Shown here: positions 1-11,629 of the stretch, one piece after another | Position numbering within the stretch: the stretch's first letter is position 1 | How the letters are laid out: each line of letters starts with the position of its first letter | Assembly: GCA_028534125.1 (NCBI GenBank) | Contig: CM052817.1 | Span: 102,302,001-102,366,000, forward strand | DNA from: Lama glama | Lineage: Eukaryota | Direction: 5' to 3' | DNA length: 64,000 bases | The notes under the pieces: generated by a model | Seen by the model: only the letters and a program-made list of their open reading frames with translations | What the model was told of the DNA's origin: nothing | The model's database searches: none | Position numbers and translations under genes: made by a program

Positions 1-1607
1 ATCCTAAGGGCCATTATGTTGAATCGCATTGCTCCAGAGGATTTCCAAACCTTGCTTATGAAAACGCTGCTCCTTTAGAAAAGGCAAAGCTCCAAGAGGG
101 TGGGAAAGAAAGGGGCCCCAGAGCCAGGCAGAGGCAGAAGGTGGGCCACCACATTTGACCTTGCTGGTGACCGTGTTTGGAGCCCCTGAGGACTCCAGAA
201 GCTGACACTGGGAGAATAGAAATGGGCTGAGATACCCTTTATGATTCTCGTCCAGGCTCATGAGAATTCTACTCTATTCATTGTGTGTAATTGTAGTTTC
301 TCCCTTCCTGTAGACATTTTTCTCATTTGGTGAAGTGTTGGTTGCTAGGAGACTGAATTGCCTTTTCAAGTAGAGTATTTCAGAGAGAAACAATTCACAT
401 GATTTTCTTCTTTAGTGAAATGAAAATGTGTACAAGGTTTGCAATGTGCAGGGGAAAAGTCAAGCTTTTACATTTCTTTGTGTCTTTGTTTTAGCAATCA
501 CTGACTCTTTCATTTACTTTTCCCACTGCTTCGTGCAGCAAGAAAGAAAACAAAACCTGGCTGCTTTTTCTGTAGAATTTATTAAGAGAAACATTCCTTG
601 GCTTCCTCCCAGGGATGGTGAGGTGATATCCAGCCTGCTTACCTCACAAGGGAGCTGTGAGTGAGAATCAAAAATAATAACACTTATAATGGAAATGGAA
701 ATTGTAAAGCATCATCCACCAAAAATGTGTTAGTATTGCACTCATCAGCTCATGGTTTTATCCAATGATTTCTTCGGACTCTGATTTTCATAAATTGTCA
801 AAAATCAGTCCGTCTGAACACATCATCTAATAAATGAAGAAACCACAACTTGGAGAAATGAATACATTCTTCCAGGCTTCTACAAAGATTTCATTATTCC
901 ACACTGATTTCTTAGAGGATATGAACAAAACTCTATTAAATGTTCAGGCTGACTTTTGTAATCAATGTTGACAACCACGGAACCCCGGAAAAAGAGCTGT
1001 GTGAATGAAATTAAAATTTCCTATATAACTCACCTAATACAATGTCTGGTGTTCAAGTGCGCGACAAAAAATAGCTATTAATTAATAATAGTAATGATGA
1101 TAATAACTTAGCTAGTGAAGAGCTTTTCTTTCACATTTCTTGGCAATTGCTTTAAAAATTCAGTGATAGTAATTTTTTTTTTCACCAACTAACAGAATCC
1201 TCTGAGTCTTGTTGGAGAAATTTGATGACATTAATTAATAGTCAGAAGCTAAGGAGTTTCCTTCCCTTTTTGTGTATTTGATCAACAGAACAGTTCACCA
1301 TGCAGGGAATAGGAACATTTAATTTAGAAGGAAAGATTTTATCATGCAAAAACTTCTGTAGCTGAAAGCTCTGTATGATCCTTATATTGAATGCCATATT
1401 TCCCCAGGTGAATTACGGTTTTGAAGAGCCCAAACTCCTTAGAAAGTGTCAGCTCTCTCACGTACCCTGGAGGGCGTCTTCCACAAAGGAACTAGCATAA
1501 AACAAGTACTTGGATGCAGTCATGCTCTTCAAGGTGACACTAGCTTATAGACAGCATCCCACAGGCAGGAGGAGCCGGCTGCGCACTGTTGCAATGTCTC
1601 TGGACCC

Positions 1608-1775
1608 ACCCGGAGGTTCTCAGCCCTGGCTGTGCTTTAGAGCAGCCGGAAGCTTTTATAATCACCTAGACCTCCCCCCTGGCCCATCAGAGTTGTCTCT
1701 GGGAAGTGAGGCAGGTCCAGGCAGCTTTTAAATCTTCCAGGGTGAATCCAGTGTGCAGCAGTGTTAAGAACGGGG
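1608..1775. mobile_element. MER5A-like hAT MITE
   Basis: Ends ggttctca... and ...ttaagaac with a MER5A-like interior. Confidence 0.6.
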
Positions 1776-2637
1776 TCTTAAGGCATTTTGATTTCCAGTT
1801 TCTCTGACTTAAAACAAGCACTTCCAGGTCCACAGCACTACCCTGGCCCCAGCTTAAAGAGCTGTGAGATCAAAAGTCCTCTGCATCATCTAACAAGAGA
1901 TTGCTACCAGAAGGTCCGCACAGAATCTCCCAGCGGCCCATCGTCCTCCCACCCCCACCCCCGCCCTACTCTCCTCCCGCCCCCTGCCCCCCACGTCTTG
2001 TTCCTGTTCTCCCTCCCTTGCTTTCTTCTTTCCCTTACTCACATCTTTTTCCCTGCCTCTCTCCTCACTCTCTCATTTCTGCTCCGAGAATATCCTCTTT
2101 GATCCTCCTTCTTTTTCTTCCTTTTCCCACTTTCTGTCAGTTTATCTCAAGGATATTTCTTTTGTTCCATTTCTTATTACATATTTGTTCCATTTGTGAG
2201 CCAAACTAAAAGCTCGGTGGGGGGGCGGGGGTGTGGTGAGTCGGGGGTAGGGGAAGGCAACTGTCCAGACTTAAGCAGAAATGCTGAGAAGAAACGGGTT
2301 CAAAAGGAATCACTGCCACCGACTTTGAAAGCCCTTGAAAGTAGCCACAAGTCCCATTTGGAATCTCTTCATCCTCCTCTAATTAGACTTGCTTTTCCTT
2401 AAGCACCAGCGTTCAAAACAACACACTGTTTTGTTTTTAATGTAGTTTAAAGCTCTTCTCTTTTAATTAAGGGCATTGGAACATTACTCTGCTATTTTTC
2501 ATTGCTTTCAGATTCAATTCTCCCGTTCAGTAGCTGGATGTTCGCATTCCCCGGGGCAGCAAAGTGGGAGATGGAGAAATTTAAGATGTGAAAGAAAAAC
2601 TGGTTTGAGCTCATCAAGACTGAGAGTAAAGCCATTA

Positions 2638-2785
2638 GTAATAACTAACTATTAATGTCCATGTGACATCCTTTGCTCTCTGGAATCATTTGAAGATCTC
2701 CCACCTTGGTCGTTTTAGGGAGATGCTCACAAATTTATTTAGCTTTATTAGAAGTAAAATGCATGCTGAAAAGCATTGGTTTCTG
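2638..2785 (+). repeat. Inverted duplication, arm A (partner 7968-8115)
   Basis: 148 bp, ungapped, about 19 mismatches (~87%) to the reverse complement of 7968-8115. Confidence 0.9.
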
Positions 2786-3290
2786 CACAGTAACAGAAAC
2801 TCTCAACAAAATAAAAAGTCAACCTATGAATGGGAGAAAATAATTGCAAATCATATATCTGATAAGAGGTTAGTGTCCAAAATATGTAAAGAACTTATAC
2901 AACTCAAGAAAAAAAATCCAATTAAAAATGGGCAGAAGCTCTGAATAAATATTTTTTCAAAGAAGATGTGTAGATGGTCAACAGACACATGAAAAGATGC
3001 TCAGCATCATTAATGATCAGGGACATGTAAATCAAAATTGCAATGAAATATCACCTCACACCAGTCAGAATGGCTATTACCAAAAAGACAAGAAACAACA
3101 AGTCTTGGTGAGGATGTGAAGGAAAGGGAACACTTGTACACTGTTGGTGGGAATGCAAATTGGTGCAAACCTTATAGAAAATAGTATGGAGTTTCCTCAA
3201 AAAAGTTAAAGATAAAACTACCATATGATCCAGCAATTCCACTTCTGGGTATTTATCTAAAGAAAGAAAAACACAAACTCAAAAAGAATC
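2781..3290 (+). mobile_element. LINE-1 fragment (3' part of ORF2)
   Basis: Encodes EWEKIIANHISDKRLVSKICKELIQL; contains tatgatccagcaattccacttctggg, typical of L1. Confidence 0.9.
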
Positions 3291-3578
3291 ACTTGGTGGT
3301 TGCAAGAGGCAGGGGTAGAGAAATGGGAGAAATGAATGAATTTTTTTTTTTTTTAGTTTAAATAAATTTTTTTTAAAAAAGGAAATGGCTACTTCAAATA
3401 AAAGGCAAAGATTGTTAGACTAGATAAAAAAGCAAGATGCAACTAACTATATGCTGCCCCAAACGAGGCCACTTTAAATATAAGCATACAAATAAGTTAA
3501 AAGTAAAAGGATAGAAAAAGATACCAAGCTGACAGTAATCAAAGAAACCTGGGTGGCTATGTGAAAACATACACACAT

Positions 3579-4133
3579 AGAATGACAATCTCCAGGTCCA
3601 TCCATGTTGCTGCAAATGGCATTATTTTATTCTTCTTTATGGCTGAGTCATATTCCATTGTATAAATATACCACAGCTTCTTTATCCAGTCATCTGTCAG
3701 TGGACATTTAGGTTGCTCCCGTGTCTTGGCTATTGTAAATAGTGCTGCTATGAACACTGGGATGTGGAAGAAAAATATCTTATGATATAGCTTTTGGTGG
3801 AAACTAAAAAAAGACGAACTTATTTACAAAACAGAAACAGACTCACAGACAAAGAAAACAAACTTATGGTTACCAGTGGGGAAAGAGGGTGGGAAGGGAT
3901 AAATCGGGAGTTTGAGATTTGCAGATACTAACTACTATATATAAAATAGATAAACATTTCTTTTGTATAGCATAGGGAACTATATTCAATATGTTGTAGT
4001 AAACTATAACGAAAAAGAATATGAAAATGAATATACTATGTGTGTGTATGACTGAACTATTACGCTATACACCAGAAATTGACACAACATTGTAAACTGA
4101 CTATACTTCAATGTAAAAAATGAATAAAAAATA
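3579..4133 (+). mobile_element. 5'-inverted (twin-primed) L1 with target-site duplication
   Basis: Antisense L1 segment ~3579-3764 joined to a sense 3' end ~3765-4133 with an A-rich tail. Flanks AAAACATACACACAT (3564-3578) and AAAACACACACAT (4134-4146). Confidence 0.8.
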
Positions 4134-4984
4134 AAAACACACACATCGAAGAATACTTAGTATGGCGAAAATCAACAAATACCTACATATTTTAAATGAA
4201 AAATATTTTCCATCAATTCTGTTAATGGGCATTTTGCCAGAAAAAGGCTATCATAAATATTGGCTTCTAAATGCTCACTTCACCAGAACACAATAAGGAA
4301 GCAATTAGTAAGCCTGCTAGGTTGTGGAAATCCGCTCCCTATCACTAAATTATCATAGTACTACTTGTATGCATGCACGTCCTTATACACACCTCCTCAG
4401 ATACGTAGGCAAGCGCTAAATGACTGTCCTGTAAACAGTGCATGAGTTTGAAACCTCCACAGACCAATGCACATAACAATTGGATACTACTTTTCAAGAT
4501 AACAAAAAAGCAAGAATAAGTCTTGCTCACACATAGGAGATTTCCACGCAGGCATTTTTCCCTGGTTATTCAGAGCGGCATTGTTAACGCTGTTTAATTT
4601 TAATAGCCTGTTCAATTCTGAATCCTACCTGCAGAATGTGCACTCAGCTCATGCTATTTCATGCTTGACTTGTCCACACGCCTGGGAGAAATTTCTATTT
4701 TGATTTGCAGTCAGGATTTTTTAAGTCATCAATTTGGAACTAACAACTAATATCTGAAAGCACAACCAAATAAATCTTCTCTCATTCATATCACCCAGGC
4801 AAACCAAGATGAACAAGTATGACTGTGCTTTCCAGGCTTCAGCTTTTGTCAATATTTCTTTAAGATCAAGAAGGCTGTGCTTTGTATTTTTGCATACTGA
4901 GAAGTAAAACTAAAAAGCACACTCATAGATTCTATTTTTAAAGTTAAGTTTTGGGCTGCTTATATAATTTTAAAATATTCCCTT

Positions 4985-5014
4985 TATCTACCTATCTATC
5001 TATCTATCTATCTA
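4985..5014. repeat. (TATC)n microsatellite
   Basis: Imperfect tetranucleotide run tatctacctatctatctatctatctatcta. Confidence 0.85.
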
Positions 5015-5668
5015 CTTTTCATTTATCTTTGGTCTGATACAATCCAGTGCCACTAAAGGAGACGGCTGAGTAGGATAACATCAAATATGTTTTTAATGGT
5101 CATTAAACGAAGTCTCTAGAGCAAAGCTATCTAAGAAGATCTGATTCTTGGAACTATGTAGAAAAAAATGGTTAAGAAACTAAAATTGAAGTGTCTCTTT
5201 CATAGATTTAGTGGAAACTCTCTCTGAAAAATTGATAAATTTCACTATGGGGTGGTTGCTAGGATACCCCTCAAAATCTATTAAAGTAAGCTCTTGCCTT
5301 TAAAAGATTGGACAGAGTTTCCATTATTTCAGAATGACTTTGAAAATCATGATGTATGTCCTAAGTGAACAAAACAGGTGAATGGATGACCCTTAAAACA
5401 AAAGATTATCAAAGTCCTAAAAATAACTAGACTCTCTCATATGGTTTATTTAAAAAGTCAGCTTGTCAGAGGGGTTCAGATTCTCAGCCCTGAAAAAAAG
5501 AAAAAAGATCAAAAGCCAAATGGACAATGCAAAATTTCTAGGGGGTAGTTTAATGCCTGTTACTGAAGGGAGTTTTCATTTATAGTGGACCTATGATTTG
5601 TCACATGTCATCATAAAAGTCTTTTTTCCTTTGGAATTGAAAGCAGCACAGACACTTGAAACATTTAT

Positions 5669-5800
5669 TTTTAATTTTTAAAAAATTTAATGTTTTTTTA
5701 TGCATTCTTTTTTTTTTTAAATGGAGATCCTGGGGATTGAACTCAGGACCTCATGCATGCTAAGCATGTGCTTTATCACTAAGCTACACTCACCCTCTGC
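5669..5800 (-). mobile_element. Camelid tRNA-derived SINE (vic-1-like)
   Basis: Reverse complement has A/B boxes (tagctta..g / gagttcaatccc) and a poly-A tail. Approximate TSD CACTTGAAACATTTA / CATTTGAAGCATTTA. Confidence 0.85.
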
Positions 5801-6139
5801 CATTTGAAGCATTTAACTTTTTGAATTTCTGTCAATTAATTTGGAAAAGTTTTATAAACCGTTCTACAGGAAGGTTTGTGTCTAATTCTGTTATGAGTAA
5901 GGCAGGCTGGGGAAAAACAAAAAAACTGAACCAGTTCTAGGAAGGGAACTAGAAACATGACTTCCTGAACCCAAGAGCACACAGTGCATATTATTTGATA
6001 TTCATATCTCTGGAAAGTCATTAAACCTGCCTCTTCTCCTTAACTCCTTTATAAACCATGGATAATGCTTTTGAAGTCAAGATTAATCTGATATTACCAA
6101 AAATGAAAGCCCTCATGTCAAGAGTATCCAAAGTGATCC

Positions 6140-6955
6140 AAAGTTTGGTGTAACCCCCATCAAAATCCCAGAGGCAGTTTTTGCAGAAAAAGAAAAAAAA
6201 ATCATCATAAGATTCATATGGAATCTAAAGAGACAGACCCTGAATAGCCAAACATCTTGAAAAAGTTCCAAACTGGATGTCCAATTTTCCTAATACCTAA
6301 TAAAAAGACTATCTTTTCCCCATGAATTGTACTGACGCTTTGTTAAAAATCAGTTGACCACATATGCAAGGGTTTATTTCCGGTTTCTCTATTCTATTTC
6401 ATTGGCGTATACCTTTATGCCACATTGTTTTGCGCCCAGCAACCACCTTCTGAACTCTGCCCCTATGGATCCGGCTACTTTAGACACCTCCTATAAGTGG
6501 AATTATGCAGCATTTATATTTTTGGAACTTCACAATAAACTCTTACTAAATACTATTTTATTGGTCAGGTGGCTTAATTCTGCTATTTCTGGGTTTGGAG
6601 GAACACCGTGGAATATCGTTCAGCTTTAAATCAGAGGAAGGAACCTCAGGCACCTGCTGCAACGTGGATGAAACTTGAGGACACTATGCTAAGTGAGGCA
6701 ATCCAGCACCAAAAAGATAAGTACTGTATGATTCCACTTTACAGACAGAGTTTAGAAGGCTGGTTGCTGGGGGCTTGGGGAGAAAAGGAATGAAGAATCT
6801 TTAATGGGTACAGAGTTTCAGTTTTGCAAGATGAAAAGAGTTCTGGAAATTGGTTACAGAAAAATGGGAATGTATGTAATACTACTGGTGTGTACAGTTA
6901 AAAATGGTTAAGATGGTAAATTCATGTTAGGTATGTATTTTATCACAAGTAGAAG
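6140..6955. mobile_element. Scrambled old L1 fragments in both orientations, ending in an L1MB-like 3' end
   Basis: ORF2-like plus-strand piece 6140-6290, antisense pieces 6300-6520, and 3' end 6600-6955 (ATWMKLEDTMLSE...KDKYCMIPL). Confidence 0.75.
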
Positions 6956-6962
6956 AAATTAG

Positions 6963-7186
6963 TTCAAGATTTGCCAATATCAACTATTATATATAATACA
7001 GATAAACAACAAGTTTCTTCTGTATAGCACAGGGAACTGTATTCAATATCTTGTAGTAACCTACAATGAAAAAGAATATGAAAATGAATAGATCTATGTG
7101 CTTGTATGACTGAAACATGATGCTGTACACCAGAAATTGACACATTGTAAACTGACTATACTTCAATTTTTTAAAAAAGTCAAAAA
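6963..7186 (+). mobile_element. Short 5'-truncated young L1 3' end inserted in an older L1 tail
   Basis: Same 3' UTR family as 3900-4133; TSD AAGAAATTAG (6953-6962 and 7187-7196). Confidence 0.85.
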
Positions 7187-7967
7187 AAGAAATTAGAATA
7201 AATGAAAAAATTTTGGGAAGTATAGGATGCTAGGGACAGCAGGCCTTGGCTTTTGAAAATAAAAACAAAGCACTGTCCTAAATATCCCCAAGGGAACAAA
7301 ACCTTGAGCACATCGCCTTTAACAGTAGGAGCCCTGTGAGCTAAAGCAAGTCCCCCGTGTGACGTGAAAGCTTGAGACCACAGATGGTATCAGGTGTCAC
7401 CAGTTGAAATTGATTTCAATCCAGGAACAAGCAGTGACGGGCTCTGATTCCCAAGTCTTTTCCCAGTTTGCTTACCTTTCAAACATAGATCATACATATT
7501 AAATTTCTCCTATCATATAGAAATAAAAGCAACCAGCACATTTAAAATTTATTACCTGAAACAGAGCCATTCTTGTATCTAGGTTCCTAGGTCGGTCAGC
7601 AAAAGTCCAGGGAACCCAGACCAGCTTAATGACTGTTAATAAATCCTCCTCCCTTCTTTTATTAAAACAAAGTCCTGGCACGCTAAATTCATTTCTGTAT
7701 ACCTTTACAACAATCTCAAAGAGTTAACTTCTCAGATAGCTGAGTTTTAAGCCATTCCTCCTAGAGTTCTGTGAAATAACTGAAGGGAGAAGTGGACAAG
7801 AGATGGCAAAACCAGGGCAGGATGTAAACTTCTCTTGGGGAAACAGGAGAAGGACCGGGGAAGAATTCCAGCATGAAGGACAGAAGAACGCAGAGGCAGA
7901 GACAGACAAGAAATGCTGAGTGAAAGTTCCAGCAGTCTGTTGATGACTTTTGATGGGAGAACAGACA

Positions 7968-8115
7968 CAGAGACCAATGCCTTTCAGCATGTGTTTTACT
8001 TCTAGTAAATCTAAATAAATTTATTAGCATCTTCCTAAAACGGCTTAAGTGGGAGATCCTCAAAAGATTCCAGAGAGCAAGGGATGTCAAATGGACACTC
8101 ATAGTTAGTTATTAC
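7968..8115 (-). repeat. Inverted duplication, arm B (partner 2638-2785)
   Basis: See arm A; also visible as the near-identical ORF peptides at 2663(+) and 7761-8102(-). Confidence 0.9.
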
Positions 8116-8789
8116 AAAAAATAAGGCTTCTCTTACTAAGAAAGAAGAATGGATATTGGCTATTAACTCACAGTCTCTACCATACGACTTTTCCCTCAAA
8201 AAACAACAAGAAACAACAAAAACCTGGGTCTTTGAGAGTGGGTTCATGTGTAGGATTGACTGTAGAGGTAAATCCCTGTGTAAGAGGCTGGACAGTGGGG
8301 AAATTCACCCTTGGTTCATCATAAATAACCAGGTAAATAACATTAACATTTTTTAAATTAAATAATTAAACATCAATTAGCAAAGTCAAAGATTTCAAGC
8401 GTATTATGTATTTATTACATGTATGTGTGTACATACATATACTTATATATATATTCGTACATGTATTTATATATGTGCGTATATATTCCACACTCCGTGG
8501 AGGAAGAAAATTGTGTGGTGTGGACAGACATTGATACACATCAGTAAGGGAAACCTGCAAGGAGCGTGGATGCCCCTTCCAGGACGGTGGATGGTGATGT
8601 CCAGGGAACATCTCGATTTGCATCTAAGTAAAAAGAGCTGATTTGCCAGTGGCCTTGGAAGAGATCAGTATCCTAGAGTCCAGAACGAATTTACCAGCTG
8701 GAAGTTGGGGGGAAGAATCTGCAACATATTTTTAGGCAATTACAAAAGACTTAAGCAGCTGCAACTAAGATAATGGAAATCACTGTCTC

Positions 8790-9030
8790 CAGGAACATAA
8801 TTAATACTTACAGAATGTTTACCATTTGCCTGGCCCTGTTATGGCCACTTGACTCTTTAATAGGCACAACAACTCTGGAGGGGAGGTAGAATTGTTACCC
8901 CTGTTCTACCAGCTAGGAAACTGAGAAACAGGAAAGTTGAGTCACTTGCGGAAGGGTACGATGCACTGTTAATCTTGGCAGGTGGACACTCCTGTGGGCT
9001 GTGCTCTGAACCAGTGCCCTCGCCTCCTCC
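8790..9030 (-). mobile_element. MIR SINE
   Basis: MIR core-like sequence ...ccctgttctaccagctaggaaactgagaaacagg. Confidence 0.65.
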
Positions 9031-10179
9031 TGATATTATCATGATGGTGCTGATGGTGGAAAAGCTGAAATATCTGCAAACTTTAAAGAAGTTTATAAGC
9101 ATTATTTTAAAATGATGTCAGAGAAACCAACCAAATCCTGCTTTTCTCACTGGTGGGTCATTTCTATTCTAGTTTCAGAAATTTCCAGTTGCTACTTTTT
9201 GTATCACCACTAATGATAACTAGAGAGAACGGCTGCTTAAAAAGCACATCAGTGCTTGCCTTTCGTAAATTCAGTTTATGATGAAGCTGCAAGGGAAAAG
9301 GTGTTTGTCTCCGGAGGAGGTATTTCAACTCAATATCAAGTTACAGGAAACAGTTTTGTATCCAGACAAATGCAGTGTTTTCCCACCGACCTTCGGCCAC
9401 CTTCACTTATTTGAATTTTGTAATTCATCAGAGAAACTAAACAAGAATGTAGCACATACCATGTTCACCAATATTAGTTCAAGACTTCAGAGTTAAATTC
9501 CTCAGAAATGCAGCCACTATACAAGATGACCTTGAACGTAAAAATATCAAGCCGTTTTAAGTCATTGTAGAATGTTTAAACCATAAGCTGTACCAGAAAA
9601 GGCCAGTAGAGGGTGTGCTTTGCTCAAAGAAGAAAACTGTCTAGAGGTCCATCGCTTAAAAAAATGAGCAGGGCGAATGATGTGAGATTATAATTCACAC
9701 TTTCTAAATTTAGCTTAATCTCAACAAAATATCTCCCAAATCTGTAAGTTTTTAAAGTGTTAAGCATTAATTACATATTAAATTCAAAAAATTACAAATT
9801 ATCCTCATTAAAATTACTTCTAATCCTGCATTGTTAAATAATAAATTCAGTAACTTACTTTTATTACAAAATTTTTAAAAAATCAAATAGGATCACTGGA
9901 AGGTGATTCTCCCAATTCCTAATTACTCAGAATATCTGACTTCAATTATCTTTTATTAGATACATCAGAACATATTGAGTACCTAGTATATGTCAGACAA
10001 TTCTTAAGGTTCACTTTGAATAGTATAAATAACATATCTCTGCTATTTGCAGGTTATATTCTATTTGGTGAAATAAACTACTAAAAAATGAATAAATTAT
10101 ATCAAAATGTGAAAAGTGAGAAGAATAAAGCAGAGACAGGGTAGATAGGGAGCATTATATGGTTTAAATGGGAAGGTCA

Positions 10180-11300
10180 CATTAAAAGCACAAACAACAA
10201 GAGCAAAAATCAACAAATGGGACTATATTGAACTCAATAGCTTCTGCATAGCAAAAGAAGCAATTAACAAAATTAAAAGGCAGCATATTTAACGGGAGAA
10301 AATTTTTGCAAACCGTATATTGGATAAGTGTTTAAAATCCAAAATATATAAAGTACTTGCACAACTTAATAAAAACTACAGCAACAAGAAAATCCGATTA
10401 AAAATGGGCAGAATAACTGAGTAGACATAGTTTTAAAGAGGACATCAAAATGTCCATCAGGCACATGAAAAGATGCTCAGCGTCACTAATCATCATGGAA
10501 ATGCAAACCAAAACCACAATGAGATGTCACCTCACGCCTGTCAAAATGGCTGTAATCAAAAGGACAACAAATAAGTTTGGGGAGGAGGTAGAGAAAACGG
10601 AACCCTCATGCATTGTTGGTGGGAATGTAAATTAGCCCAACCATTATGAAAAAAAATATGGAGTTTCCTCAAAAAATTAAAAATTGAACTACTGTATGAT
10701 CCAGCAATTCCACTTCTGGGAATATACCCAAAGGAAATGAGAACAGGATTTCAGTGAGATATATGCCCCCCACGTTCATGACAGTATTGTTTTCAATAGC
10801 CAAGATACGGACATAATTCAAATGCCCATCAACAAAAGAATGAATAAAAAAGATGTGGTATACATAGACAATGAAATATTATTCACCCACGAGAAAGGAG
10901 GAAATCTTGCTATTTCCAACAGCATGGGTGGAACTTGAACACGTTATGCTAATCAAGATAAGCCAGACACAGACAAGTGCAGCGTGAGCTCACTTATACA
11001 TGAAATCCAAACAAAATTCAAACATGTAAAAAAAAAATACAGAGAGTAAAATGGTGATTACCAGGGGAAGAGCATGGGGGGATAAAATTGATGTTGTTTA
11101 AGTATGCAAACTAGCACTGAGTACTAAAATGGACATAGAGATTTAATGGACTGTTTCTTGACTTGTACTGTAAGTGTGTAATGTGATGAATATCATTACT
11201 GTGGCAATTATATTATAATATACAAATGTATCAAAGTAACACAATGTACACTTAAATTTATTCAATGTTACATGTCAAATTTATCTAATAAATAAATAAG
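10180..11300 (+). mobile_element. LINE-1 3' fragment (ORF2 end plus 3' UTR)
   Basis: Encodes [31 protein letters not shown]; ends in an aataaataaat tail at ~11290. Confidence 0.9.
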
Positions 11301-11495
11301 TGGGTGGATCCCAATTTTAATAGGTAGAAAGCACTCCCCTTTCCCCACCAGAAGGCAGAAGAATTCAGTAAACTTCAGTTTTTACCAAATGAAACTATAA
11401 TGTGTGAATCTCAAGTATTAATATTTCGATTTTGATACATTAGCATAATTAAGTAACCAAGTGCCATATACTCTTTCAAAACAGACCCGTATGAC

Positions 11496-11629
11496 AAATA
11501 TCATAGCATTTCAAAAGCAACCTGGCATGCCCTGCTTCACTGAACTCTGTGGAATGATCCAAGCTCTTTTTTAAGGACCTGAACACAAGTGCATGCATGG
11601 AATGTTTTCTGTAGCTTCTAAAATGAAAG
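11496..11629 (-). pseudogene. Degenerate unprocessed copy of PLRG1 exon 2 with intron flanks
   Basis: 11576-11629 matches 30888-30940 at 45/54 columns, crossing the acceptor site. 11496-11521 matches intronic 30787-30812 at 20/26. Translates as HSMHALVFRSLKK versus [13 protein letters not shown], with a 1-nt insertion just upstream. Confidence 0.75.

Noticed and set aside
145..175. VTSKVKC on the minus strand, resembling PLRG1 exon 9 EDKQVKCW
   Set aside because: Only about 10 matching bases with no splice-site or flanking support; consistent with chance.
2663..2944. Apparent two-member small protein family (ORFs 2663+ and 7761-8102-)
   Set aside because: The similarity comes from a DNA inverted duplication; the starts differ and the first ORF runs into L1 ORF2 sequence.
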